From Piromyces finnis finn (lineage: Eukaryota > Fungi > Neocallimastigomycota): a DNA stretch of 64,000 bases. The DNA is taken from the NCBI GenBank assembly GCA_002104945.1, contig MCFH01000001.1, forward strand, positions 1,364,001 through 1,428,000, given 5' to 3'. The translations under genes and the position numbers were made by a program. The notes under the pieces were generated by a model. The model searched no databases, had not been told where the DNA came from, and worked only from the letters and a program-made list of their open reading frames with translations. Positions 16,401 through 33,261 of this stretch are shown piece after piece (the stretch's first letter is position 1; each line of letters begins with the position of its first letter).

Positions 16401-18608
16401 TTTGTCACACCCACACCAATCAAACCTGCTTCTTGTAGTTTTTCTTTTAATATAAATTGATAAATATGAAGTAATTTATAGTTTTCTTTTGAAAGATTCC
16501 ATGAATTTATCATTGCTGTTGAAATCACACCAGGATAGGGTATTAGTTTCATTAAATGTGCTAATCCTGGAGTTATTGCACTAATTTTTTCCGAACTTTG
16601 TTTTATAAATTGGATATATTTTAATAATTAAATATTAATTAATTTATAAAAATAAGTAATTAAATTTCAAATTTACTTACCCTTTCCAAAGTTGTTTATC
16701 ATTACTTAATAATTCAGCTAAAATGTTTGAAAGTCGTAATACATATTCAGCTGATAATTTATCTATAATATTATATAGTGAACTATGATTAAATTACTGT
16801 TTAAAATTCTAGATAAAGAATTATATTGTATTTATGTTACCAGCTGCTGAACATATTATCAATGTAGCTTGACATATCAAATCAGGTATGTTAGCAACTT
16901 CTAATACAAATTCTATAATATCGGTTGCAAGTGTCATGGAAAGAAATGAAGCTAATGATTATATTAATTATATTTTAATTTGACAATATATATTGAATAT
17001 TAATTATGTAAGTATTTAGAATATTAAATTATTATAAAATCTTTCATACAATTCTTTTTCATCCACCAAACGTAAATTTCTAATATTTCTTTTAAACATG
17101 ATTCTTCTACAGGTTTTTCTTTTTCTCGTTTTGCTAAATTTAATGTTGTTTGTAAAAAGTCTGGTGTAAACCATGATGTTGGAAGATTTTTTGCATATTT
17201 TGATAATACTTTAATATTTTCTATGGTCTTGTATATATTTAATAAAATAATAATAATAATAATAATAATAAAAATTAACAATCTAGAGTTTATATTTCTA
17301 ATAATAGCATTTTTCGATTCTTACCATATATTCACTAAATAATGAAAATTCTAAAAATGTATAAAATGAACATTGTAAAAGACGACCTAACTGCTCCAAT
17401 TCTGCACGAGTATTATCGTTTTTTTCATTAATTGTTTTAATTATCTTTGATTGATTTTGATTACGAAGTCTAATACAATCTAAAACTTCATTAAAATAAA
17501 CATTACTTGGACAATATCTAATATTTAAATAAATTAAGATATAATTAATATAATGAATATAATTTATTAATTATTAAACTTATTAAAATAAATTTTATTT
17601 TATTTACTTTGGAGAATTGCCTGTAGCATAACTTTCAAATCTTAAATTTTTCTTTTTAAATACAGTTTCCCATAAATTGCTCGATAATGACGAAGTTTGC
17701 ATTATCTTTAATTCCTATAAAAAATAATCAAAGATATTTATTATTTAAATTAATTAGAATTGTATTAAAAAATAAAAAATCGTTAATATAATATTTAATA
17801 TGTTTGTTTTATTATGCTATTTAATTATACACACTTTTTTCATAATTAATTGCAATATTTCATGAAATGGCTCGTCAATTTGATATTTATCATCCTGATG
17901 AGCATAACATATAAAGTACAGTAGTACTAAAAAGAAAGATTCTATCGAAGCTAAATCAACTTCGTCATATCTAATTTGTGTTAATATAATATATAATATT
18001 TAATATTAATGATATATAATGATTATAAAAAAAAGGAAATTTCAGAATTAATTATAAATTTATTTACTCTTCTTTTTTAATTATATTTAAAAAAGATCCT
18101 GTTTTTAAACATTCAATAATATTTCTCCAAGTTAATACGGATGGACTTTTTAATTGATTAAATATAGTTTGTATTGTATCTGCCTGGAATGGATCAGGTA
18201 CATATATGACATTTGGACAACGATTAACTATTTTTAAATTTTATTATAATTTTAAATTTAAAATTTATAAAAAGTCTTCTAATTAATTTTTATTATAATT
18301 ACTATTAAAAATCATTACCTGCTAATGTATTTCTACTAGAACTGTTTAAATGTCTTAATAAAAAAATTGGCCTTTCAATTGTTGATATATTATCACTGAA
18401 TATTAAATTTATCAATTGATTTGCCCAACGACTAATTAATTTTTGTTCATTAGTTTTTGCATATCTATCATATTTCAATTAATTAATATCATTAACTTTT
18501 ATCTTTATATGTTTTTATTTTAAAAAAGTATTATTATATATACTTTGATAAATCTAAAGGTTTAGCTAAAATTTTCATTTTTTTATGCTCTTGTTCAGAT
18601 CCCGACAT
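13434..18608 (-). CDS. Unidentified ~1,200-aa multi-exon protein, probably alpha-helical and nuclear
   Basis: About 18 exons traced through GT-AG junctions from ATG 18608 (MSGSEQEHKKMK) to the stop at 13434. It absorbs supplied ORFs 17024-17281, 16289-16552, 15936-16121, 15730-15927, 14769-15212, 14390-14584 and 13434-14336. NLS-like PQKKRK and KKKKR are present. I recognise no family. Confidence 0.8.
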
Positions 18609-20459
18609 CTTGAAATCTTATATATTTAATTTTATTTTTATTAATTGTTTATTGTTTTGTTACTATTATTATTTGTTTTTATTTTATATTTTATTTTTAT
18701 TCTTTATTATTATTAAAAAGTAAAAAAAAAAAAAATAGAAAAATAAATAATTTAGATTTTAATTCAATAAACATTAAGTAAATAAGCATTTATTTTATTT
18801 TTAATTTATTAACTTACTGATTTTCTTTAATTTCGATATTTTATTTTTTTTAAGATAATTCTGTTTTTAATTCCTGTTTTAATTATTAAAAAAACTTATT
18901 TAATATGAATTATTATAATCATGATATAAATAAAATTTTATTCAAATAGAACATATTAATAAATTTACCATAAAGGAAAGCACTATACTCTTCTTAGCCA
19001 ATAAAATAAATTAAATAGTAAAAGCTCATAAAATAAAAAGAAAAAGAAATTCTATTTAATTGAAAATAGTGAAATAAATATATTTACTGAAATTAAATAA
19101 TGAAATTTGATATTGAAATTCGATAATTTATTTGTTTTAATGGTTGTTTTATGAAATCCGTATATTTTTTTATTTTTATTTTTTTTTAAAAAAAAAAATA
19201 GGTAATTTTTATAATATTATAATTATAATACTGGTCTTAAATATTTTAATTTTAATAATATCTTCATTAGCAATGCTTCTTAGTAATTAATTTATTATTA
19301 ATTTTATTTAAGAAGAAGAAAAATTATTAGTTTATATTTTATTATAGATAAATGAAATGAAATTAAATAAATATTGTAAGAAATAATTAACAATTTTAAT
19401 ATATGAATACGTTTAAGTTATTTTATAATAAATTATGAAATAAAGTAAATCTTTTTTTTTTTTTAAAAAAAAAGGGACTTAAAAAGAACAAAGTAAGTAA
19501 GGGGAAAATATTAAAATTATATATAAAATAAAATAATATTAAATTATTACAATTGAAAATATACTAAATTTGGCTGTTTATGTATATATATATATATATA
19601 AAGGAAAAAGAAAAAGAAAAAAAAAAAAAAAACTTTTGATTTTTCGTTATTTCTAATACACTATTTAAATTAAATATAAAATGTTTTTTGATATTTTCTT
19701 TAATTATTTTAATATGGCAAATATAAAAAGAAAAAGATTTGTTTTTTTCTTTCTTTTTTCTTCTTCTTATTCTTTTTTTTTTTTTTTTCTTTCTTTCTTT
19801 TTTTTTAATATAAAAAAATATATATATTATATTTTATAAATGTTTTATTTTCTTCTTATTTTTTCTTTATAGTAAAAGAAAAAAAAAAAAAGTTAAGGAT
19901 ATAAAAAAAAAAAGGGAAAAACAAAAAAGTATAATTAATAGAAAATTTTTTCTACTGAATTAAATATAGATATATAAATATTATTTATTTATATAATAAA
20001 TATAATATATAAAACAATATATTATTATTAAGCAATAAATTGTTAAGTAAAATTTAATATCCATATATTCATATAATATATTATAATATAATATTATTAA
20101 TAAAATATATTATCCATAAAAATAATATATTTGATTTAATTTCAATGTAATGTAATGTATTATATATAATATTTACTTGATCTAAAAAAAAATAATTTAT
20201 ATATTTATTACTAAATAAAATAATAAATAATAAAACATAATGCACAATAAAATACACATATCACTTTTAATTCTTTTATTTATATTTTGTGTTTTTATCT
20301 TATTATTTTAATATCTATATACTTTTATTTTTGAATATTATAGAATCTAATAAAATTTATTTTGTAAAATCTAATTATTTTTGAATTTCTATTAAAACAT
20401 TTATTAAATATGCAGACACTGTATGATTATTCTATATATATATTTACTTAAATAATAAT

Positions 20460-22858
20460 TTAATAATTTTCGAAAATTTCAGATTTAAGCTGTATTTCAA
20501 AAATTGTAATTGTTACTTCCTTAATAAATTCAAACATAAATCTTGAATTCTTATTAAAATTACTTATTAATAAATCCTGATTTTTTTGGTGTAAAGAATT
20601 ATATTTATCTGAAAAATTAAATAACGAATATTTATTTTGATAAATTCTTAATAAATCTTGGCGTTTTTTGATAAGATCTATAAAAATAGTGTAGAGAGAA
20701 TCCTTATTATAGTTTTCTAATAAATCACGATCAACTAAATAAATAAATATATAAGTTTCTGGGGCTGTTAATAATTGAGAAATTGCATCTGTAAGTGCTA
20801 AATTAAAATCAGGTGAATTATCAAAAAATGACTTTAATAAACTAAAAAGTACTTTAAATATATTCTCTTTATCTAAAAGTTTTATTGCTTTCAATTCATC
20901 AGGCTCTTCAGGCATTTCTTGGATAATATTTTCTGGATAATTTTTATTTATTTCGTTGAAATTTAATCCTGAAAGTTGAATATCAGAATTTGTATTAGCA
21001 TCAAAAATGTATTCTTGTAATTGATTTGAGATATCAGAATTATCATTACCAAAATCTTCTTTAATTGTATTAAATAAGTCGATATATCGATTTACTTCAT
21101 TTCTTAAACATCTTCCACTATCTTTTCTAATTTCATTAATTATTTCTTTTCCCTTTTTATATTATTATATATGAATTATTTAATATTAGCAGAAATTATT
21201 ATAATATAAAAATAAAATTAATAAATTTAAATTATTTGAATTTATATTTAAATATATATAAAAATACTAATATATTCTATTTACATTGTATTGAATTTCA
21301 CATTGATTAATTTTTGTTCGAATATTTGGAATAAGATAGGAAATGGTATAACGATAATGTTGCTTTAACATACAAGAAATGATAAGCATATTAATAGCTG
21401 CAAGTGACGAATCACGTTTATTGTTCATTATATTATCTATTATTAGATTAAATAAATTAGTTTCTTTTATATTTCTATCTCCTGCATTATCATCATTTGA
21501 AAATTCAAAAGGCTCAAAGATAAAAGAAATAAAACAAGATGAAAAATCAATGCATACAATTTTAGAAAGCATGTAATACAAGTATGTTGAAATAACTTCT
21601 AAAGCTTTTGAAGATTCATAGTTTTTAATATATTTTCTAATGAAGGTCTGTTGTAAAAACTTTTTTTTAAAGTTAAACATTATTGAATTTCTAATAGATT
21701 GTATAGAACAATCCATTATAATACTTTCAATAATTGAAAAAATGGTTTTAAATCGATATATATATATATTTTTATCATCAATCTCATTAATATTTAATGG
21801 TAAATTATTAAAAGCTTTCACTAAATCATAAACAAGTTGTTCAGGAAATTTGATAAAATTAATATAATTTAAAAATATTTCTAATGGATGGACAAATAAA
21901 TACTTCATGGCTGTAATAGCCATTTCACCTGTTTGACCAAAATTAAATATAAATTTTTTTAAATATTCAAACAATATACATTCATAATAATTATCGCCTT
22001 CGTTTATAAAGATATTTAATAACTGGGGGTAAAGATTAATCTTTTGGCAAATATTGAAGAGTAAATCTTTTTAAATATAATTTATTTATAAAAAATTAAA
22101 TATATAACCAATAAAATAAGTGATTTAGTTATAATTCAGTAATTAAAAACATAATTTATCTATTGTTAAAGTTAAAAAGTATTCATTCTTTAATATACCT
22201 ACCAATAATACATTTATTACCTTTTTCGGTTATTCTTTCATTAGAATAACAATATTTCAAAAGCTTTAATAATGGTTTATAAACAGTTTTTTTAGTTAAA
22301 AAATTTTCATTTAAAAAACTACATAATTTAGAGTAAAAATCAATTGTTGCATAGATAAGCCCATTGGGTGGAATTTTTTTAATAGAAGACTCAACTAATT
22401 GACAAAGACAGTCCTTACTTAAAAAGTATTCCATACAAGAACCACAATTAGCTAAATTATTATGTAGGTTTCTATCCTCATTAATTAACATATAAATCAT
22501 TTTTTCCATATGATATTGAATTTTCGTTTCTTGAACAGTTAAACCTTCACTCATATTACCACATTCTGAAACAATACTTATCCAATGCTTATATTTTCAT
22601 ATTATATAATATTGAAAATATTGCATCAAAAACATTAAAGATAAAAAAAAAAGCTTTGTTATTTATTAAAGAAGTATAAATAATATTTATAAAAATAATA
22701 TCAATTAAAATTACTGATATACTAACTTTTCTGAAGCATGTAACTCTTATGTTTGTTCTGGAAATGTTTAAATTTCTTTTTTTTTCTGTCTTGAAGACAT
22801 TATCAATATCGAGAAATTTGTCAATATTTATATGATTATTTTTAGCTTTCATATTCAT
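20460..22858 (-). CDS. FHIP/FAM160 (RAI16-like) subunit of the FTS-Hook-FHIP dynein adaptor complex, ~650 aa
   Basis: Four exons (~22858-22729, 22587-22221, ~22066-21286, ~21152-20460). Motifs CFRK|HWISIV, CGSCMEYFLSK...PPNGLI...VYKPLLKLLKYC, LLFNICQKINLYPQLLNIF and C-terminal MFEFIKEV. Confidence 0.8.
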
Positions 22859-23295
22859 TTTTATTTATTTATTTTTTCATATATATTATAAATAATATTT
22901 AAAATAGTAATTTAAAAAGAATTTGCATTGAAATTATAATTTAATATATTTATTTATATATTATTTATTATTTTTGTTTTAATAATAATAAAACATTTAA
23001 ATGAATTAAGATTTTATATATAATTTATAAAAATGAGAAAATTATTGTTTTTTTACATTTGTTTAAAAAAAGAATATTTAATAAGCATTATAGTCTTCTT
23101 TGAATGACTAAAATGCTAATTTAAATATCTAAAATTATATTTGATTAATAGAACTCTTTAATTATAAGAAATATAAGAAATTTTCAGAATTTTGTTATAA
23201 TTAAAGTAATTTTATATTTTTCATTTTATTACTTTTTTATTTTTTATATTTGCTTAGTATTTCAGTTTCAGTTTAGTTTTTTTTTATGAAATAAA

Positions 23296-23326
<31 letters not shown>

Positions 23327-23765
23327 TTAATTTAACCATAAAAAAATTTAATATAAAAAATTGCCAAATTAAAAAAAATAATTATTTTACTTTTTTCGTC
23401 TATGCATTATCATAATTAAATTTATTGGATTAAAAGTAATATTTATATTCATTTATAATATTTCAATAATAATAATAAAATACTTTTTATAAAACTTTTT
23501 TACATTTTTATTTTAATTATTAGTGTTAGTATATTTTATAATAATTATAAAATGAAAGAATAAAAAGATAAAAAGATTAAAATTATTTAAAAATTCTTTT
23601 AATTTTTTAATGACTTATTGTAAAATTATATTAAATAAAATTAAAAATGTTACACAAAGAATAATTGATATTATTTAAACCATATCACAAATTAATTTAT
23701 GAAAATAATAAAATATTGATTAAGGTTTTTATAAAATATTGTTTACTTATATAAAAATATTATAA

Positions 23766-26267
<2,502 letters not shown>

Positions 26268-26834
26268 ATGAAAAGTTTAACTGATTATATTTTTTTTTCT
26301 TATATTTTTTTTTTATTTTTTTAGTATTGTTTTATTAAATAATACTGATTTTAATGAAATTAAAAAAAAAAAGTATAGTAGTAACTTCTATTATATCAAT
26401 TTAAAATTTATAATATCGATAATTTATTATTATTATAAAGAAAAAATGTATTTTTTTTTTTTTTTATATTTTTTTATAATTTCTAATAATTTTATATAGG
26501 TTATGAGTTATTAATATATACTGTAATAATTCATAGTTTTTATTTATTTATTTATTTATTATATAATATCACTTCTTAATATTATACTATAATTATGAAT
26601 GTTCCATTAAAAATAAAAATTGTTTTATTAAATAAAGTTTCAAAAAAAAAAAAAAATTCTACTTTTTATTTGTTATACTATTTATATAAATTTCTAATTT
26701 ATTTGTAACCCAATAACTTTTAAAATCAACCAAAAGTTCGAAAACACATAAATTTGTTTATATTAACATTAACAAATTTAAAAAAAATATTTTAATTTTT
26801 TTTTTTTTATTACATAAATACTATTTACATTATA

Positions 26835-26877
<43 letters not shown>

Positions 26878-26895
26878 GTAGTAGTAGTAGTAGTA
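26835..26895. repeat. Compound (TAA)n(TAG)n microsatellite
   Basis: Seen directly, in intergenic DNA. Confidence 0.9.
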
Positions 26896-27166
26896 GAAAA
26901 TTACTAAATGAAAGTCTGGAAATAAAAAATAAATAAATAAATAAAACGAATTAATTTTATCAGTTCTAATAATAAAACAAATGTGGTATATTTTACTTTA
27001 AATAAATTAAATAGATAGCATATATCATATGAATTGCATTTGATTATTTCTATTTGATTTTGAATTTATGAAAATGTTTTTTATATTATTAATTATTATT
27101 AATAATATATTTTTTGTAAATGAAGAAATAGTAATAACAGAAATTTATTTTCTTTTTCTTTTTTTC

Positions 27167-27197
<31 letters not shown>

Positions 27198-27740
27198 TTT
27201 AAAGGAATCGAACATTTTATTCCATAAAATTCGTATTAAAAAATATTATTTGAATAGTCATTTATATTTTTTATTTATAATATACATATATTTGTATAGT
27301 GATATTGAATTTTGCATTAATAATTGAAATAATACTGGTATTAATATTTGTATTAATATTAGGATTAATATGGTGCTTATTTAGTATAATGATTATTAAA
27401 GAATGTATTATTATATAATAATTAATAACAATAAGCTATGATATTTATATTATTATAAACATTAGTGTATTTTAACTAGGGTAAAATAAATATAATAAAT
27501 TATTAAATATCTAATAAATCCCCCTAAAAATAATAGTAATATTAAATGTAGATGTTTATAAAAATCTCTATAATTTAAAGTTAGAAATATAATTGTAAAA
27601 AAACTAAATTAAACAAAGATTTATAAAAAAAAATATTTATGTTAGTAATAATGGTAAAAACGATTTATAAAAAAAAAAAATAAAAATAAAAATATTTCTA
27701 TGAAAAATAATAATTGATAACGATATGTATTTATATTTTT

Positions 27741-30125
27741 TTAACGAATTTTGTTCCTGTCAGTAAAGGTTGACATTAACATATCATTCTCTGAAATTTT
27801 TGATGTGTTTTCATTTTCTTTATTTAAATTGCCTGTTGAACTCGAAGCTTCATTTCTATATTCTTTATTTTTCCATATTTTCCAAAATTTCAACGTTTCA
27901 TCCCCAGCCGCAGTAGCAACACTTTGACCATCAGGGCTTATAGCCGAAAATAATACGCGAGCATCATGTGCTTGAATATTGATAATTCTATCCATTGTTG
28001 GGTATTTCCAGAGAGTAATGTTATTATTTGGAAATCCATGGGATGATAAAATTTCTTTATAATCTAATGACCAAATTAATGAAGTAACTTGTGAACCTGT
28101 AAATATAGAATTGATTTTAGTTTCTGTTGTAGTATTCCAGAAATGAATTGTTTTATCCGAAGTACCACCACCAGTTGCTAAAATATTTGACTGCCATGGA
28201 CACCATGCTAAAGCCTAAATAAAAATAGAAAAATTATAATTTTAGAATCGGTATCGTTAATATTATATTTATATTATCGATATTTACCTTTACAGCAGCA
28301 CGATGATTTGTTTTAGTCATTTTTGGAAGAGATGAACGAATATCCCAAATATTTACTAAGTTATCATTCCCTCCACTAGCTAATAATTGACCATCGTTCT
28401 TCCATGATAAACCACAAACTTCTGCACAATGTCCTAATAGTTCTTGTGTTTTGTGTTTTTCGATACGGACATCATGCTGATAAATACTTCCATCACGACA
28501 TCCAGAAGATAAAATATACTTATCCCATGATAGCACGCCAACCCTTGTAATATGTCCATACATTGATCTTAATTTTCTATCTTGTTCAACATCCCATATT
28601 TGGGTGTCACCTTCAGATGTTCCAACCCCTAAATATTTACCATCTTGAGTCCAAGATATTGAGCATACATCACCACCAACTTTTGATGTATCCTCACATA
28701 TAACATTAACATCTCCATTATTTGCATTCCAAAGATATATTTTGGAATCTAATGCAATGGCGACAATATTTTTTGAGGACCAATCTAGAAGATTTGTATA
28801 ATAATCATCACCAATACCTGGTGCATCTAATACTCTTTCAGCTTGTGTTGGTATTCTTCTTCTTGCAAATGAGGAAACTGATTTTAAAGATTTATTCCAA
28901 CATGAACGTAAAGGTGGTTTATCTGTTGCTGGTGGCTCAGCATTGAATGTTAATATTCTTTGGTCAAAGTTAATAGATAAAGCTTGTGCTAAATTCTCTT
29001 GATAGATAATATTAGTATAACTTGGCAAACCTGAATTAGTAAGCTTTTCATTTTCTTTTATATTTTTTCTAACTAAATTTAATTGAGTAGATGAAAAATC
29101 TATTAAATGACGATTGGGTATAAATCTATCACCATACTATTTTTATTAATATATCAATATAAATACAAAAATAAAAATAATCATATATATATAATTAAAT
29201 AAAATATTAAATATGAAGTAAAAATTAATTTATATATTTATTTTAAATTAAAAATTATTTTTTGTGATATATTTTATTATAATCAATTTAGTTTTAAAGA
29301 TATATAATTAAATAATGAATAGTAAATGATGTATTAAGATATTTTTTAAATAAAAACACATTAATATTTTTTTATTGTATTTACCACAGCTTTAACTTTA
29401 TGCTTTATGCGTTGCATAATAGGGGAGCAATTAAGATTCCAATTACTTAAAGAAGTATCATTTATTTTTTTATTTCCATATTTTGATACTTTTGGAGAAC
29501 GAATTGATTTAAATTTAACCGGTGAACTAAATAATCTTTTTGGAGAATATTTACAAGGAGAATAAAATAAATTCTTTTTTGAAGAAGAAGTAATCGATCT
29601 CCTCCTTATTGAATAAGAAGGAGAACGTAATGGAGTATAATTCTGGGGAGAATTTTTATTATAAGGTGTTGTAGGAGATGAAGTAATGCATAAACCAATA
29701 CTACTTCTTCTTCTTCTTTTCGTTGAATTAGTTTTCTTGTAAGGCGTTAATATATTGTTTATTGAATTATTTGATACATTAGTCTTTGATTTTTTTTTAT
29801 TTAAATTAACTAAATTATTACTTGTTTTATTGGAAATACTTTCATTTCCTTGTTGAGATTTTTTTATTTTTTTATTTGACAAAATATTTTTTGGTGTAGG
29901 TGATACATTTTCATTGTATTCTATAAATTCTATAGTTGATAATCGTGTAGGTGAAAATAAAGATGAATTTGATGAAGCTGAAAATGGTGATGAATTAAGT
30001 TTAATTTCTTCTGATGAAATGGCATCATACTTTCTTTTACCTTTCGAAAATGATGAAGTCGAGTATTTTTTTTTTAAAGATTTATTAACAGGAGTAACTG
30101 CATTACAAGTTATATTATCAGCCAT
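27741..30125 (-). CDS. CDC20: Cdc20/Fizzy APC/C co-activator (WD40), 687 aa
   Basis: Exons 30125-29385, 29136-28288 and 28214-27741 are in frame. C-box DRFIPNR, Mad2-binding-like RILTF, ERVLDAPG, LATGGGTSDKTIHFWN, ATAAGDETLKFW and C-terminal IR tail. The residues fit Cdc20 better than Cdh1. Confidence 0.92.
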
Positions 30126-30514
30126 TTTATTTATTATTTATATTATTAAAGCAATATTAGATTTTAATTATTAAAATATAAAAATTAATGCTTTAACAAA
30201 CTTAACAAACACATAAATTTATTTAGGTGATTATTGGATTGAGGAAAAATTTTAAAAAAAAAAATTAATTGTAATAAATATAAATTAAATAAAAAAAAAA
30301 ATTTATTAAAAACTTTTTTTATATATTACATTTAACCCTTTGGTAAACTTTTTTTATTTTTCAATATTTAAAATTCATGATCATGTCATATGATATCAAT
30401 AAATCTATTACATAATAGTATTATTAAAAACACTAATCATATTATATATTTAATTAAAAAATGGTTAATATATTTTTAGTTTATTTTTTTTTTATATCAA
30501 TTAAATAAAGCAAT

Positions 30515-31456
30515 ATGAGTAAAGAGAAAATAGTGATAAATGATATATCATATGAACCATTTGAATCAGAGAATCAGATGTCCGAAATAACATCATTAAT
30601 TGAAAGTCATTTATCAGAGCCATATTCAATTTATACATATAGGTACTAACATCAAAAATTGTTAAATTTCTTTTAGAAGAATAAATTTTACATAAAATAA
30701 AAACAAAAAAAGAAAATTAAAAAAAGAAAATTTATATATTTAAATTAAAAATAAAACTAATCTCATATTAATTATATGCTTTTTTTAAAAAAATAGATAT
30801 TTTATTCATTCTTGGCCTGATTTATGTTTATTAGTATGAGTTGTATATATGTTATTAATATATAGATATAGATATAATTGATTAATTCATATTATATAAT
30901 TATTAAAACCATTTTAGTGTTATGATAAAAATAGAAAATGTGTTGGAGTAATTATTTGTAAACTTGATTATCACAATAATTCATATCGTGGCTATATTGC
31001 AATGCTTGCTGTAGATAAAGAATATAGAAAAAGAAAAATAGGTATTTAAAAATTATAATATATAAAAATAACAATTAGATTATATTAAGAGAATGTTATT
31101 TTTCCAATATAAAATATATAGGAAGCACATTAGTAAAAATGGTTGTAAATAAAATGAAAGAACAAAATGCTGATGAGGTAGATAGATAAACTATATTTTT
31201 AAAAAAGTTTTCTTATTAATTATTTATTAATTATATTTTATAATAGATTGTTCTTGAAACAGAAAAGACTAATACTGGGGCTCTTGGCTTATATGAATAT
31301 CTTGGTTTTATTAGAGATAAAAGTTTACCAAGATACTATTTAAATGGTGTTGATGCCTTTCGTTTAAAATTATTTTTAAAGGATCCACCAAATCTTTTAC
31401 AAAATAATATAAATATAAATAATGAAAATATGAATGAATTTGAAGAATATTTATAA
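30515..31456 (+). CDS. NAA30: N-alpha-acetyltransferase 30 (NatC catalytic subunit, Mak3)
   Basis: Five exons. [11 protein letters not shown]|[20 protein letters not shown]|G, IVLETE, LYEYLGF and [14 protein letters not shown]. Confidence 0.93.
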
Positions 31457-31918
31457 ATTTGAAATATTCACATAAATATTAGTAAATATTTAATATTCTT
31501 TTTATTAATATAGTTCATACTGAAAGAAAAGAAATATACCCATATTTAATAATTATTTTTAAACAAATAAATGTATTCATTACATATTTATATAATGAAT
31601 ACATTTATTATTTAATTTTCTAATAAATAAAAATAATTTTTTTAAATTGAATAATATATAATTAAATTTAAATAAAATATTTATAATACCAATACAGCAA
31701 ATAATTGGTTAATGACAAGATGAATAAATTAAAAAGAAAAATAAAGAAAATTTTATATAGTTAAAAATTATAAAAAGAATCTTTAACAAAGAATAAAATT
31801 ATAATAATATTTTTGTTTTTTAATATTCTTTCTTTAAATACATTTTATAATAATTTAAAAGCAAACTCAAATACGCCATAGAATAAAGCATAATATTATA
31901 AGTAAAATTTAAATAAGA

Positions 31919-32692
31919 ATGTCAGAAAAAAAAATTACTCTTACTATAAGATTAATTAAATCATTTGAATATAGAACATTTAAAAATGTTATATTACATG
32001 ATGTAGATATTACCACAATGACTTGTGGTAAATTAAAAGAAGATATTATACAAAGTAATATATAAAATGATATATATATATAATAATAATAACAATAATA
32101 AATATATTGTAAATTTGTTGGATTAATTTGGTTTTAAATTGTTTAATAATTAGAAATTCATTCAACTTCAGGTTATAAACCATATTTAAATGTTAAATTT
32201 GGTAATATAAATGTAATATATAGTAAATATAGGTATAAAAAATAAATATTAACATTTTATTTTTAAAATAATATAGATACTCTTAAATTATATTTTAAGC
32301 ATTTTGGTGCAAAGGTATATTTTATTACATAAAAAATGTTATTTTTATTTCATTAATAACTAAAAAATATTCCTTTCTTAAAAAATTAAATAAATAATAA
32401 TGATAAAAATAGACTTCTAATTTAATTGTAAATTTGGATCATGATGATTGGTTCCTCGATGATTCAAAAACTTTAGAAGAATCTGGTATCGGTAAATATA
32501 TATATATATAGATAATAAAAATATTTTTCTGTTTTGTCAAAAACAAAGAATAAAAAAATATATATTCATATTAATTTCATTTTTTTTTTTCAATATATAT
32601 ATTTTAAAAAAAAAGAAAATGAAGCAGAAATATCATTTTTCAATCGTGCTGATTATGATAAATTTAAGGCTAATCCAGAAATTAAATGGTAG
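31919..32692 (+). CDS. UPF0538 / C2orf76-like (DUF2340) small ubiquitin-like-fold protein
   Basis: Five short exons. TLTIRLIKSFEYRTFKN, DTLKLY...GAK|TSNLIVNLDHDDW and ENEAEISFFNRADYDKFKANPEIKW. Confidence 0.87.
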
Positions 32693-33261
32693 TTTATAAG
32701 TGAAAGACAAATTGTAGACCAATTTTAATATACTATTTTGGAAGGTGTAAATAAAGTGGATAATATTTAAACTATTCTAGAAGACATTTTTATAAATCAT
32801 AATTTTTTTTTTTTTTTTTTAACTAAAAATAAAAATAAAAACGAAAATTCATTACAAAAATAAAACACATGTACTTATTTTATTTTGTATTGATAGTAAA
32901 ATTAGTGATTTGTGAAAATACACACACACAAAAAAATAAAATAAAATAAAATAAAATAAAAATAAAATAATAAAATAATATAAGAAAGCATATATAATTT
33001 AAACAAAAAAAAGATTTTCATTTTTATTTTTATTATATAATTTTCCAAAATAAATTTTTATATTTAATCTATTAAAATTATTAATAATTTAATTCTTTTA
33101 TTAAATTATATCAAAATTTTATAGATTATTAATATATTAAAATTAACTTTAAATGTTGATATATGGTGTATGTTAATGCTCTTGGATTTATTTAAAACTT
33201 TTGATATTAAATAAAAAATAATCATGTGTATAAATATGTATATAAATAAAATAATAAAATA

